Origin: an uncultured archaeon
GTDB taxonomy: Archaea > Asgardarchaeota > Thorarchaeia > Thorarchaeales > Thorarchaeaceae
Direction: 5' to 3'
Length of the DNA: 64,000 bases
Assembly: GCA_964458565.1 (NCBI GenBank)
Contig: CAYWJO010000004.1
Coordinates: 64,001-128,000 of the forward strand
Shown here: positions 37,447-46,597 of the stretch, in pieces
Position numbering within the stretch: position 1 is the stretch's first letter
Layout of the letters: every line of letters begins with the position of its first letter
Notes under the pieces: model-generated
Told to the model about the DNA's origin: nothing
The model's database searches: none
The model's input: only the letters and a program-made list of their open reading frames with translations
Made by a program: the position numbers and the translations under genes

Positions 37447-37514
37447 TATTAAGGCGTCCTACATTTCCTTAAATCGAAATTATTTCATAATATTCTCAGC
37501 TACTAAACACAGCA

Positions 37515-37588
37515 GGCTTGGGGGTCTACCCATTCTCTCTCTCCTTCGATTCGCGTAAGAGACCCCCGCGCCACTTTTCTATTTTCTG
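37515..37588 (+). ncRNA. Candidate small RNA or terminator: GC stem with CU-rich loop and T-rich tail
   Basis: GGGGGTCT (37520-37527) / AGACCCCC (37560-37567), loop with CCCATTCTCTCTCTCCTTC, tail ACTTTTCTATTTTCT; no upstream plus-strand CDS to terminate. Confidence 0.35.
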
Positions 37589-37647
37589 TCCAGCAAGCTT
37601 TAAAGGCAAAGCAGATTTCGCAACTATCAATTCAAGGAGCGAGTACA

Positions 37648-38082
37648 GTGTCGGTAGCAAAGAAAGCTGTTGATAGCACAATTCGCAAAGTGCTTGTTTA
37701 TACTGCAGAGATAATTATGGCAATAATTCTACTGGTGTTGGTATGTCTACCACTCGCGTTTGCTATACCCCTTTGGTTTCAATGGGTTCTTTTCGGAACT
37801 CAGTCTGCTGATCTATGGTTAAATCCACTAACCCTGTTCGGAGCAGGTGGTGCAGTCTGGGTTACTGCATTTCTAGGTCTCATCGGAATCATCCTTGCTT
37901 ACCCATACATGATGAAGATGATTTCCGACGAAAAATCTGAAGATGTTCAGTCTGAAGAAGAAGAAGAAGAAGAAGCAATTCTAGAAGACGCGCTTCTAGA
38001 GGAGATCGATGAAGAGGATAGTATGACTTCACTCGAAGATGATACTGACATGGATGAAGAAGATGCAGAATCAGAGGATTAA
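37648..38082 (+). CDS. 2-TM membrane protein with highly acidic tail
   Basis: AGGAG before GTG; two hydrophobic helices; E/D-rich C-terminus. Confidence 0.65.
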   Translation: MSVAKKAVDSTIRKVLVYTAEIIMAIILLVLVCLPLAFAIPLWFQWVLFGTQSADLWLNPLTLFGAGGAVWVTAFLGLIGIILAYPYMMKMISDEKSEDVQSEEEEEEEAILEDALLEEIDEEDSMTSLEDDTDMDEEDAESED

Positions 38083-38903
38083 ATTCCGATTTTCTTGCTC
38101 AACTTCTCAACAAGTACTTCGAATGCTTTCGCAACTTCAGAATCACTTTCTTCAATTACAAAAGGTGTACCTTTATCACTGAAAGTAATGACTCTCGGAT
38201 CCAGAGGAAGTGCTCCCAGATTATCTACACCATACTCCTTTGTGGCTTTCTCAACCGATCCTGAACCAAAGATACTGTAAGAAGAACCACATTCAGGACA
38301 TACAAAACTTGCCATATTTTCAATGAATCCCAGAACAGGAACCCCCATTTTCTGTACTAGTTGAACAGCACGACGCGCATCTAACACTGCTACTTCTTGT
38401 GGTGTTGTTACTATACAAACTCCATCGATATCTGGGATGAGTTGCAATATACTGAGAATTTCATCTCCTGTTCCTGGTGGGAGATCCACAATTAAAACAT
38501 CCACATCTCCCCAATTCACCTCTGCTAAGAATTGGTTGATCACTCTGGCAACCAAAGGCCCTCTCCACGCAACTGCATCGTCTTCATTTCGTAGGAGAAA
38601 ACCCATGCTCATCACCTTTGTGTTTAGTGGTCCTTTAATGGGGTTAATTCTGTTATTTTCTACCATGGGGTGTTGCCCATCAAGTCCAAGTAGTTTTGGA
38701 ACATTGGGTCCGTAAATGTCAACATCCAATATGCCTGCTTGTAATCCTTTCTTCGCAAATGACATAGCTAAATTCGTTGCTACCGTTGTTTTTCCTACGC
38801 CACCTTTGCCAGATAAAACAACAATCTTGTGTTTGATTGCTTTCATATTCTCTCTAACTTCAGGAGGAACCAAATCTTTCATTTTCTCTTCATCAGTAGT
38901 CAT
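38079..38903 (-). CDS. mrp: Mrp/NBP35 Fe-S cluster carrier ATPase
   Basis: SGKGGVGKTT, DVDIYGPN, WRGP, DLPPGTGD, VTTPQ, ENMA..CPEC. Confidence 0.92.
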   Translation of the reverse strand: MTTDEEKMKDLVPPEVRENMKAIKHKIVVLSGKGGVGKTTVATNLAMSFAKKGLQAGILDVDIYGPNVPKLLGLDGQHPMVENNRINPIKGPLNTKVMSMGFLLRNEDDAVAWRGPLVARVINQFLAEVNWGDVDVLIVDLPPGTGDEILSILQLIPDIDGVCIVTTPQEVAVLDARRAVQLVQKMGVPVLGFIENMASFVCPECGSSYSIFGSGSVEKATKEYGVDNLGALPLDPRVITFSDKGTPFVIEESDSEVAKAFEVLVEKLSKKIGI

Positions 38904-38969
38904 ACCAAGAACACCAAGTCTGCTGCTTGGTCACTCAGATATAAACAGTTAGAATGCGGCGTATGAACA

Positions 38970-39779
38970 TTATTCCCGAAAGCGTTTAATTAAGTCTAAG
39001 GCGAGCTCTTTTGTACCGGCTGCGATAAAACTCATTCTTTGCGTCATATTCATTGGTAAGTTGAACCTCTCACCAAACTGATTGATGACATATCCTCCGG
39101 CTTCGAGCACCATGTGTGTGCCGCAAACATGAACTAAAGGAAGGATATCCCGTAAATCTACCATCGCATCTAATGCACCAGATGCAGTCCAGCATAAATC
39201 TAGAAGATTACTGCCAGTTCTTCGAGCATCATAGACGCCTCGCAATAAGCTTAGTGACCTCTCCCCAAATTTTCCATTGAGGTCTCTTTTGGTGTCATAT
39301 GAGATAATAGCCGTAGAAGGATCTGTTAAACCAGAAGGTTTTATTCTTTTACCATTTCGAGTAGCACCTTTTCCTGAGATTGCTATGTATGTTTCTTTTG
39401 TGAAAAATGAGTCAATGATACTTACTTCTACATCATCCGTCGTTACTTTTTCATTGTAGGGAATTGCAGAAATCCCTACGGATACCATTTGGATTCCACG
39501 TTCCAGATTGGTTGACCCATCAATTGGATCTATCACCGCGATATACTCTGGTGTCTTCTCGGGATTAATTACTCCTTGTTCTTCGGTAAAAAAGGCAAAC
39601 GAGATGTCTGAGCTATTTAGCTCCGTTATGATGTTATCCTCAGCTTGCTTGTCTAAGAGTAGTGTGTTATCGCCATAGGGATTAACTTCACCTGTTCGTT
39701 CTGTAGCTCTTTCCAAATTACTCAAAACGGTCTCTTTAGCGATTTCAGCAGCTTTCTTGAGAATATTCACAATTGTCAT
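38970..39779 (-). CDS. suhB: Inositol monophosphatase / FBPase family
   Basis: TEE, IDPIDGSTN, RRTGS..LDL. Confidence 0.8.
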   Translation of the reverse strand: MTIVNILKKAAEIAKETVLSNLERATERTGEVNPYGDNTLLLDKQAEDNIITELNSSDISFAFFTEEQGVINPEKTPEYIAVIDPIDGSTNLERGIQMVSVGISAIPYNEKVTTDDVEVSIIDSFFTKETYIAISGKGATRNGKRIKPSGLTDPSTAIISYDTKRDLNGKFGERSLSLLRGVYDARRTGSNLLDLCWTASGALDAMVDLRDILPLVHVCGTHMVLEAGGYVINQFGERFNLPMNMTQRMSFIAAGTKELALDLIKRFRE

Positions 39780-39896
39780 AACACATCATCACGTCATGCC
39801 AGTATAATCGTCTTTAAGACTATCCCCGGGTGTTGCACAATTCTTTAAATGCTTCAGGTGAGCAAAAGATATTGAAATACAAAACGGTGTAAAGTA

Positions 39897-40553
39897 ATGG
39901 GTTTCTTGAGCGGTAAAAAAAAGGTTGATACCGAACGTGGTATGCTTGAGATGAAAGGGACAATGAATGCCCTTACACTCAGGATTCGTAGATTAGAATC
40001 AAGAATGGTTGAGGAACAGAAATCTGCGAAAGATGCAATGGCAAAGGGAGACCGTGCAATTGCTAGGCAACACTTGAGCATTGTAGTGGACCTCGAGAAT
40101 CGAAGAACTAGGTATCAACAGCAATATCTTACATTAGAAACTGCACTCATGAATATTGAAGAAGCTAAAGACCAAGCTGAAGTTCTAAGAGCTTTTGGTA
40201 TTGCAAATGAGGCTCTCACCGAAGCTCGCTCACTTTTAAGTCCACAAGAGATTCAGATTCAACTTGATAGACTGTCGGAATCATTCGAACATATCTCAAT
40301 TGCAGGTGATTTGTTATCTGAAGACCTCTCGGGTTCCACAACAACGCTTGAAGCAGAAGACAAGATTGAACGACAGATGGATGCACTTGAAGCTGAAATT
40401 CTATTAGAGAAAGAGGGGGTTCTTCCACCGTTACAGACGGAGGGAGAGGTTTCCAAGGAAAGAAAAGCTTCTGCTGATGAAAAACGCGTCGACAAAATGC
40501 TTACCGATTTAGAAGAGGAAGCAAAAACAGAACGTGAGAAAGAATCTGAGTGA
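39897..40553 (+). CDS. ESCRT-III / Snf7 family protein (Vps20/32/60-like)
   Basis: MGFLSGKKK N-terminus, long helical hairpin with AKDAMAKGDRAIARQHL, LETALMNIEEA...EVLRAF..ANEAL, acidic C-terminal helices. Confidence 0.8.
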   Translation: MGFLSGKKKVDTERGMLEMKGTMNALTLRIRRLESRMVEEQKSAKDAMAKGDRAIARQHLSIVVDLENRRTRYQQQYLTLETALMNIEEAKDQAEVLRAFGIANEALTEARSLLSPQEIQIQLDRLSESFEHISIAGDLLSEDLSGSTTTLEAEDKIERQMDALEAEILLEKEGVLPPLQTEGEVSKERKASADEKRVDKMLTDLEEEAKTEREKESE

Positions 40554-40583
40554 TACGCATCCATTATTTCAGGAGACCCTCAT

Positions 40584-41243
40584 ATGAGAATAAAACTTGT
40601 AGTTTTTGATGTCGATGGTACATTGACCAAACATAGCAGTATTTGGTGGAGATTACACGAATTATTTGGAACAGAGGATGAAGGTCGTCTGTACTATAAA
40701 CAATATTTCGCTGGTGAAATCGATTATGATACATGGGCTGAGCTAGATGCAATGCTTTGGAAAGGAAAGCAATTGAAAGATGTTTTAGATGCTGTTGAAA
40801 ACACTCAATTAGTTCCTGGTGCAAAAGAGACGGTTGATGTATTAAAAGAAAATGGAGTGCAAGTGGCAATTCTCTCTGGGGGCCTTGATGTTCTAGCCAA
40901 TTCAATTGCTCAAAGAATCGGAATCGAATTCGTATTGACCAACAAGCTTCTGCATCAAAATGGTATCTTAACTGGAGAAGTTGTGTCACTTGTTGGGTGG
41001 GGTGAGAAGATGAAGGAGATACACCAGATATGTGAGCATTTTGGAGTGAGTCTGGATGAAACTGCTTTTGTAGGTGATGGACGTAATGACATTAGTGTAC
41101 TCTCCGTAGTAGGCTTGTCAATAGCATTTAATCCGGAGGATAAGGAAGTAGAGGATGTGGCTCAGGTCACTATTCGTAACGATGACCTGACCCTAATTTT
41201 ACCTCATGTTATTGGTGGAAATATGAACAGCACGAAGACATAA
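40584..41243 (+). CDS. serB: Phosphoserine phosphatase-like HAD hydrolase
   Basis: FDVDGTL, LSGG, TN.L...NGILTG, FVGDGRND. Confidence 0.75.
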   Translation: MRIKLVVFDVDGTLTKHSSIWWRLHELFGTEDEGRLYYKQYFAGEIDYDTWAELDAMLWKGKQLKDVLDAVENTQLVPGAKETVDVLKENGVQVAILSGGLDVLANSIAQRIGIEFVLTNKLLHQNGILTGEVVSLVGWGEKMKEIHQICEHFGVSLDETAFVGDGRNDISVLSVVGLSIAFNPEDKEVEDVAQVTIRNDDLTLILPHVIGGNMNSTKT

Positions 41244-42436
41244 GCTTGAAGCAGAATTATCATGGCGCCTTCAAAGAAATCAAGTCTATGGTCATCAGTG
41301 ATTGCCCGTTTCAAGAACCAGAGACTTCCAGCAATAACTACAATTTGGAATAGAACATACTGATCGAGTGGGATTGGAACGAAGATCCCAATTCCACCAG
41401 CAACCAACAGAACAATCTGCAGAATACCGCCTATGAGATTTCCCACCGCGAGTCCGACCTTACCCTTTGCTGCAGCAATGAGTGCGATACCATGTTCAGG
41501 AAGCGCACCTGCTGCTCCTAGAATTAATGCAGCTATTCTTACCGGGTTTGCTACATCCTCTATAACAGTGCTATAGTTATGAAGAAACAGTTCCACCGAG
41601 CTGGTCAGCATCTCCCCTGCAAAGAAAATGCCAACGAATCCAATAAGAGTTAGTATAATAGCACCTCTCTTTTTATGGTGGGGTACTGTAGTTTCCTTGG
41701 TTTCTGCAACATCTCCAGTCACTAATACTGCTGCATACACCAAATACGAAATAAACAACACAAGTGATGCTAATCGTGGAAACGTGAGTCCACTCAACCC
41801 GTTAAGGTCCGTTGTACCTCCACTGGCAATATTTTCCAATGCGCGTTCAATGAATTCTAGATGGTAGACTACTCCAAGAGCAAACATACTAACAAGTGCA
41901 ACTATCGTCCATCGAATTAGTACGGAATCCTTCTTGATTGCTTCTTCTGGAACTTCCATATCATCAGCTTTTCCTTTGGTTGCTATCATGATGGTAATTC
42001 CTAGGAGAAGCATATTGAACCCTGCTGCAACAAGAACTGACAGGACTGCGATGTCCAAGAGTTCCTGACTTCCTTGGGTGTATCCATTGAAAGCGGATAT
42101 TCCACTAACTACAGCTTCTGGCATATTACTTGCTAGACTAGTTAACATACCTGCTACATATGCTGTAAGACCAAGGTGTCCCGCAGTACTCTCGATACCC
42201 TCTACAGCCCATTCAGATGGTCTGAATGCCAACCAGGTTCCACATATTATCCCAAGAATGATGAGGATTTCAAGATACTGATGTGTTGTTGGATAAAGGA
42301 AAAAACGCAAATAAAAATAGACTAGAATCAGTGCCAACACAAAGAATGTTTCCTTCCGTCCAATTCTGAGTGACTCTTTGACACCATGGTATTCATGTAT
42401 TCCATCAATAGATTGAGTTCCGTCTGACTGATTCAC
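41204..42436 (-). CDS. Ca2+/cation (CaCA) antiporter
   Basis: Two alpha repeats (SLASNMPE and AGALPEH...GNLIGG); about 11 TM. Confidence 0.8.
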   Translation of the reverse strand: MNQSDGTQSIDGIHEYHGVKESLRIGRKETFFVLALILVYFYLRFFLYPTTHQYLEILIILGIICGTWLAFRPSEWAVEGIESTAGHLGLTAYVAGMLTSLASNMPEAVVSGISAFNGYTQGSQELLDIAVLSVLVAAGFNMLLLGITIMIATKGKADDMEVPEEAIKKDSVLIRWTIVALVSMFALGVVYHLEFIERALENIASGGTTDLNGLSGLTFPRLASLVLFISYLVYAAVLVTGDVAETKETTVPHHKKRGAIILTLIGFVGIFFAGEMLTSSVELFLHNYSTVIEDVANPVRIAALILGAAGALPEHGIALIAAAKGKVGLAVGNLIGGILQIVLLVAGGIGIFVPIPLDQYVLFQIVVIAGSLWFLKRAITDDHRLDFFEGAMIILLQAYVFVLFIFPPIT

Positions 42437-42517
42437 TTTGTATCCTCACATGGACTCTTTTGCGTTTCGTGGTATATTATAGACCATGTCCATTTAATAA
42501 AATGACGACTTTTAACG

Positions 42518-43690
42518 CTACTGACTTTCTTTCGGTCCATCGTAGCTGTACCTTGAACCTGAGCCAGTATTAAGAAGAATGACGTCATCGTTGTAGTCAA
42601 TTTCGCCTGTTTCAACAAGATTTCTTATACCTGCCATTCCTACAGCAGACTCTGGACAGAAGTCCATCCCTTCCATTCTAGCCACCATTCTTCTAATTGA
42701 ATCAATTTCTTGTTCCGCAACTGCTACTGCAGTTCCCCCCGAATCTCTAATTGCTTGTAGAATCAGCTTATCTGCAAATGGACTAGGCACTCTTAGTCCA
42801 TATGCTTCCGTAGATCCATCTGGCCAAGGTTCAATACTTGGGAGATCAAGTTCTATAGCTTTGACAATTGGTGCACAACCTTCACTCTGAGCAGCATACA
42901 TTCTTGGGCGTTCACTTCCGATAAGTCCCAAGGTTTCAAGTTCATCGAATGCTTTCCAGATCCCAATTATCCCTGTTCCCCCGCCAGTTGGACATATGAT
43001 GGCGTCAGGGACTGACCATCCCAATTGTTCAGCAATTTCAAATCCCAATGTCTTTTTTCCTTCTACTCGATAGGGTTCTTTTGTTGTAGATAACGGGATC
43101 CAATCACCAGGTGTTTCACTCATGGCCGCTCCACAATCCGAGATAGTTCCATCTACTCGAGTGATTTTCGCACCAAATAATTCACTTTCGTAGAAGAATG
43201 GATATGGAGTATCAAGAGGCATCCAGATATGAGCTTCCGCACCTGCTGCAGCGCAATATGCACTAAGTGATACAGCAGCATTTCCAGCCGAAGGAAGTGC
43301 GAAAGATTTGTAGCCAAGCTCAAGATGTTTGGACACTGCTACCCCCAGTCCTCTGTCTTTGAAACTTCCTGTTGGATTCATTGATTCATCTTTTATTCTA
43401 AGCATTCTCAACCCAAGATGCTTCCCCATTCTTTGGGAAATCAATAGAGGTGTCCATCCCTCTCCAAGACTTATAATGAAAGATGGCGATTTAACCGGTA
43501 AAAGCTGAGAATATCTCCACATTGAATTGGAATTTGAGGGGAACTCTTGTCTAGCTAAATCTTCTCTTACACCAATCATATCATATCGGGCAAGCAGAGG
43601 AGATCCACAAACACAATATGTCTTCTTTTCATGTACTGAGTGTTTACGTAAACAAAGTGGACATTCAAGAAACTCGATATGTGAAATCAA
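42518..43690 (-). CDS. thrC: Threonine synthase (PLP, N-terminal Zn ribbon)
   Basis: SLGEGWTPL, NPTGSFKDRG, SAGNA, EGKKT, PTGGGTG, NTGSG. Confidence 0.85.
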   Translation of the reverse strand: MISHIEFLECPLCLRKHSVHEKKTYCVCGSPLLARYDMIGVREDLARQEFPSNSNSMWRYSQLLPVKSPSFIISLGEGWTPLLISQRMGKHLGLRMLRIKDESMNPTGSFKDRGLGVAVSKHLELGYKSFALPSAGNAAVSLSAYCAAAGAEAHIWMPLDTPYPFFYESELFGAKITRVDGTISDCGAAMSETPGDWIPLSTTKEPYRVEGKKTLGFEIAEQLGWSVPDAIICPTGGGTGIIGIWKAFDELETLGLIGSERPRMYAAQSEGCAPIVKAIELDLPSIEPWPDGSTEAYGLRVPSPFADKLILQAIRDSGGTAVAVAEQEIDSIRRMVARMEGMDFCPESAVGMAGIRNLVETGEIDYNDDVILLNTGSGSRYSYDGPKESQ

Positions 43691-43765
43691 ACCATCTGAC
43701 CCATGAATACTTATACAATCATCCTTATTTGTGTATGACTTTTCAGTAAATCAGTTGGTGTTACC

Positions 43766-45004
43766 TTGAGTAATTTGAGACGACCAAATCTTCCCTTCAC
43801 AGCACTGGTTGGTCTCGATACATTGAAGCTTTCTCTTATCCTAAATGGTATCAATCCTAAAATTGGTGGAGTTCTTATCTCCGGTCCCAAGGGTACAGGA
43901 AAAACTACAGCTGTCCGTGCTCTCGCGGATTTATTACCTGAAGTTGAAGAGGTAAAGGATTGCAGGTTCGGTTGCAATCCAAAAGGAGACAGCATGCTTT
44001 GCGAGGAATGCCAATCGACGATTGATGCAGGTAAATCTCTAAAAATCCGTACTCGTAAGATGCGTGTTGTGAATCTTCCCTTATCAACAACTGAGGACCG
44101 ACTGATTGGTGCCCTTGATATCGAACGCGTTCTAAAAGATGGAATACAAGCGTTGAAACCAGGCATTCTTGCTGAAGCTCACCAGAATGTTCTGTATGTA
44201 GATGAAGTGAATCTTCTTCCAGACCATCTTGTTGATGATTTGCTTGATGCTGCAGCTACCAAAGTGAATCTTATAGAACGTGAGGGGATTTCAATTATGC
44301 ATCCCTCTGATTTTGTTTTAATTGGTACGATGAATCCGGAAGAGGGTGAATTGCGGCCCCAACTTCTTGATAGATTTTCATTGCACGTATCTATTGGTAG
44401 GAATCTTAACGTTGATGAAAGAATGGAGTTAGTTCGAAGGAACCTTGAATTCGAGGACGATCCTGAAGGGTTTCGAGAGAAGTGGATGAAAAAACAAGAA
44501 GAACTCCTTGATATGATTTTGAAGGCGAAAGAACTTCTCCCAAACGTGATACTATCAGATAGTAAGCTTCGAGCGATTGCTATGGCTTGTGATGCGTTAG
44601 AAGTCGATGGCGTTCGCCCTGATATCATCATCAGTAAAACTGCTATTACTCATGCTGCTTATAGAGGTAGAACTGAGGTTACTCTTGATGATATGAAGCT
44701 TGGCGCACATCTAACACTTAGCCACAGAACCAGACGTGGTGGACTTCTGGAACCTCCTTCACCGAATGATATCAGTGATGCTATCACTAAGGCTGACGCA
44801 ATCACAAAAAAAGACGATCGTCGAAAATCACCTACTGACTCACCATCTGAATCTGAGGATGATTCCGGACCAAGAATGAGTGGTGGACGTTTTGGCAGAC
44901 AGTCACAAGTGCTTGAAACCGAAATGGCTGACGGTAAAAAAAAACTCCGAAGAACATTCGGAATCCTCAAGGGAATCCCATTAAGGGTACGATTTGTGCC
45001 ATAA
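43766..45004 (+). CDS. Chelatase ChlI/BchI-type AAA+ ATPase (0-frame product; -1 frameshift at 44936-44944 would fuse it to the vWA ORF)
   Basis: GPKGTGKT, TEDRLIGALD, PGILAEAH, LYVDEVNLL, NPEEGELRPQLLDRF. Confidence 0.88.
   Translation: MSNLRRPNLPFTALVGLDTLKLSLILNGINPKIGGVLISGPKGTGKTTAVRALADLLPEVEEVKDCRFGCNPKGDSMLCEECQSTIDAGKSLKIRTRKMRVVNLPLSTTEDRLIGALDIERVLKDGIQALKPGILAEAHQNVLYVDEVNLLPDHLVDDLLDAAATKVNLIEREGISIMHPSDFVLIGTMNPEEGELRPQLLDRFSLHVSIGRNLNVDERMELVRRNLEFEDDPEGFREKWMKKQEELLDMILKAKELLPNVILSDSKLRAIAMACDALEVDGVRPDIIISKTAITHAAYRGRTEVTLDDMKLGAHLTLSHRTRRGGLLEPPSPNDISDAITKADAITKKDDRRKSPTDSPSESEDDSGPRMSGGRFGRQSQVLETEMADGKKKLRRTFGILKGIPLRVRFVP
44936..44962 (+). other. Candidate programmed -1 frameshift/slippage signal (A9 + hairpin)
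   Basis: A9 run; the -1 frame opens right after TAA at 44935-44937 and runs into the vWA ORF; TCCGAA/TTCGGA hairpin immediately downstream. Confidence 0.7.
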
Positions 45005-46437
45005 TGATGATTATCCTATTTTCCTATCTTGCTTGGATTTACTGGAGTCCTATCAATACTCTATTGGGTCAGCCTGTTCCATCATTCCCTTCCCTCGTAG
45101 CTCTTCTCCTAAATACCTTGGTCTACATTCCTATCATGTATTTCACTATACGTAGATGGCTTCGTACAATGACGCGACGAACAGGTGGACCTGCAGCTGG
45201 TATCGATGTTGTCGAGCGAGGGCGGGCTCTCCCTGAAGCTGGAGATCAATGGGGTACTGCTTCTCGACACTACGAAACAGAAGAGCCTTCAAAGATTATA
45301 GGATCAAAATCAGATATTCGTGAACCCAGAGGTATCGATGCTGCATTCTTTGTAAGACTTCCTGATCTTGATGAAGGTGAAGAAATCTTCGATAGGGACG
45401 AGCTACTCAAAAGAGCAATGATACGATCAACTGTTTCCTCGGGTGGATGGATCAACAAACGTGTAAGTTCTAGATCAATGGGCACATTGAAGACATCTGA
45501 TTCCTCCAAACAAGGCAGACCAGTTAGGTCTCGTGCTCCCATAGGAGAGATATCAAGTATCGACCTACCTGCAACGATACGGGCCGCTTTAGGGCGTCAA
45601 GGATATTATAATCCAACGGAAGGTTTGAGAATCCAAACTCGTGACATTCAAGAACCAGTTTACTCAGGACGGTCCCCTCTCACAGTGATATTGGTCATCG
45701 ATGTTAGTATGTCTATGAAAGGCGCAATAAAATCTGTTAAGGAAGTGCTTCGACGGATAGAATCTGAAACAAGAGGGTCTCGAGACAGAATTGGTATCAT
45801 TGCCTTCAAGGATAGTGGAGCTATTGAAGTTCAAGCGCCGACATCGAACTGGAACAAGGTTTACCGGGCTCTAGCCCGATTGAAAATATCTGGTCTCTCG
45901 CCATTAGCTGAATCATTGATGAAAGCAATCGAGACTATTCAACGCGAAAGAATGCGAAGTAACGAGGTTGAGCCTCTTGTCATCTTAATTTCCGATTTCG
46001 CAGCAAACATACCATTAGCTCAATCTGCTGGTCCTGGTCAGGCACAATATACTCCCATAAGAGATCTTGTAAAAGCTGCAAGATTAATCCGGAAGTTCAA
46101 AATGCGAATAGCTACAGTTAATGTAAACAAAGAACAGGTCCGATGGGTGAAATTCCTCAAACGACCTTATCACGAGGCATTGGAACTCGCTGTTACTCTT
46201 CGAATGCGTAAGGAAGGTTTTCATGATGTAACGGAAACAATTCTTGCCATTCCCGAATTCCGTAAATCATTTGGTGCATTCTTGATTTCGCGAATTGGTG
46301 GAGGTCGTTGTTATCTCCACAAAGAGATTATGGATATGCAATCTGTACTCGGAACTCTACTAGCTGCCAATGTAACTCGATCAAAATTGAAAGCAGAAGA
46401 GATGAAGAGAGCTGAGGAATACATAGCTATTTCATAA
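45004..46437 (+). CDS. ChlD/BchD-type vWA domain protein with two N-terminal TM helices (frame open from 44938)
   Basis: IDLPATIRAA, LVIDVSMSM (MIDAS), RDRIGIIAF, GLSPLAESL, ILISD. Confidence 0.8.
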   Translation: MMIILFSYLAWIYWSPINTLLGQPVPSFPSLVALLLNTLVYIPIMYFTIRRWLRTMTRRTGGPAAGIDVVERGRALPEAGDQWGTASRHYETEEPSKIIGSKSDIREPRGIDAAFFVRLPDLDEGEEIFDRDELLKRAMIRSTVSSGGWINKRVSSRSMGTLKTSDSSKQGRPVRSRAPIGEISSIDLPATIRAALGRQGYYNPTEGLRIQTRDIQEPVYSGRSPLTVILVIDVSMSMKGAIKSVKEVLRRIESETRGSRDRIGIIAFKDSGAIEVQAPTSNWNKVYRALARLKISGLSPLAESLMKAIETIQRERMRSNEVEPLVILISDFAANIPLAQSAGPGQAQYTPIRDLVKAARLIRKFKMRIATVNVNKEQVRWVKFLKRPYHEALELAVTLRMRKEGFHDVTETILAIPEFRKSFGAFLISRIGGGRCYLHKEIMDMQSVLGTLLAANVTRSKLKAEEMKRAEEYIAIS

Positions 46438-46501
46438 AATAATAATAGAATCCATTTATTTTGATGCATGTTCCTGTATAGATATGCACTAGTCCGAGAG
46501 T

Positions 46502-46574
46502 CTGATGACATAGTGAGTGAGGAGTGCCTCGAATGAGGCTCAATGATATCACTTTTCATACATCAGCCACAGGC
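46502..46574 (+). ncRNA. Candidate archaeal H/ACA guide RNA (stem - pocket - stem - K-turn, 3' ACA)
   Basis: CTGATG/CATCAG lower stem, internal loop, AGTGA/TCACT upper stem, tandem GA with AAT bulge (GTGA...AATGAT), GCCTC/GAGGC cap, ACA at 46569-46571 15 nt from the pocket top. Confidence 0.45.
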
Positions 46575-46597
46575 TAGTGCACCTACCTATTCGGTGA

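Noticed and set aside
37954-37974. (GAA)7 microsatellite
   Set aside because: It simply encodes the poly-Glu tail of the CDS.
39915-39922. A8 run in the ESCRT-III gene in a CGGTAAAAAAAA context similar to the chelatase slip site
   Set aside because: The gene is intact in frame, the run encodes KKK, and no useful alternative-frame product is evident.
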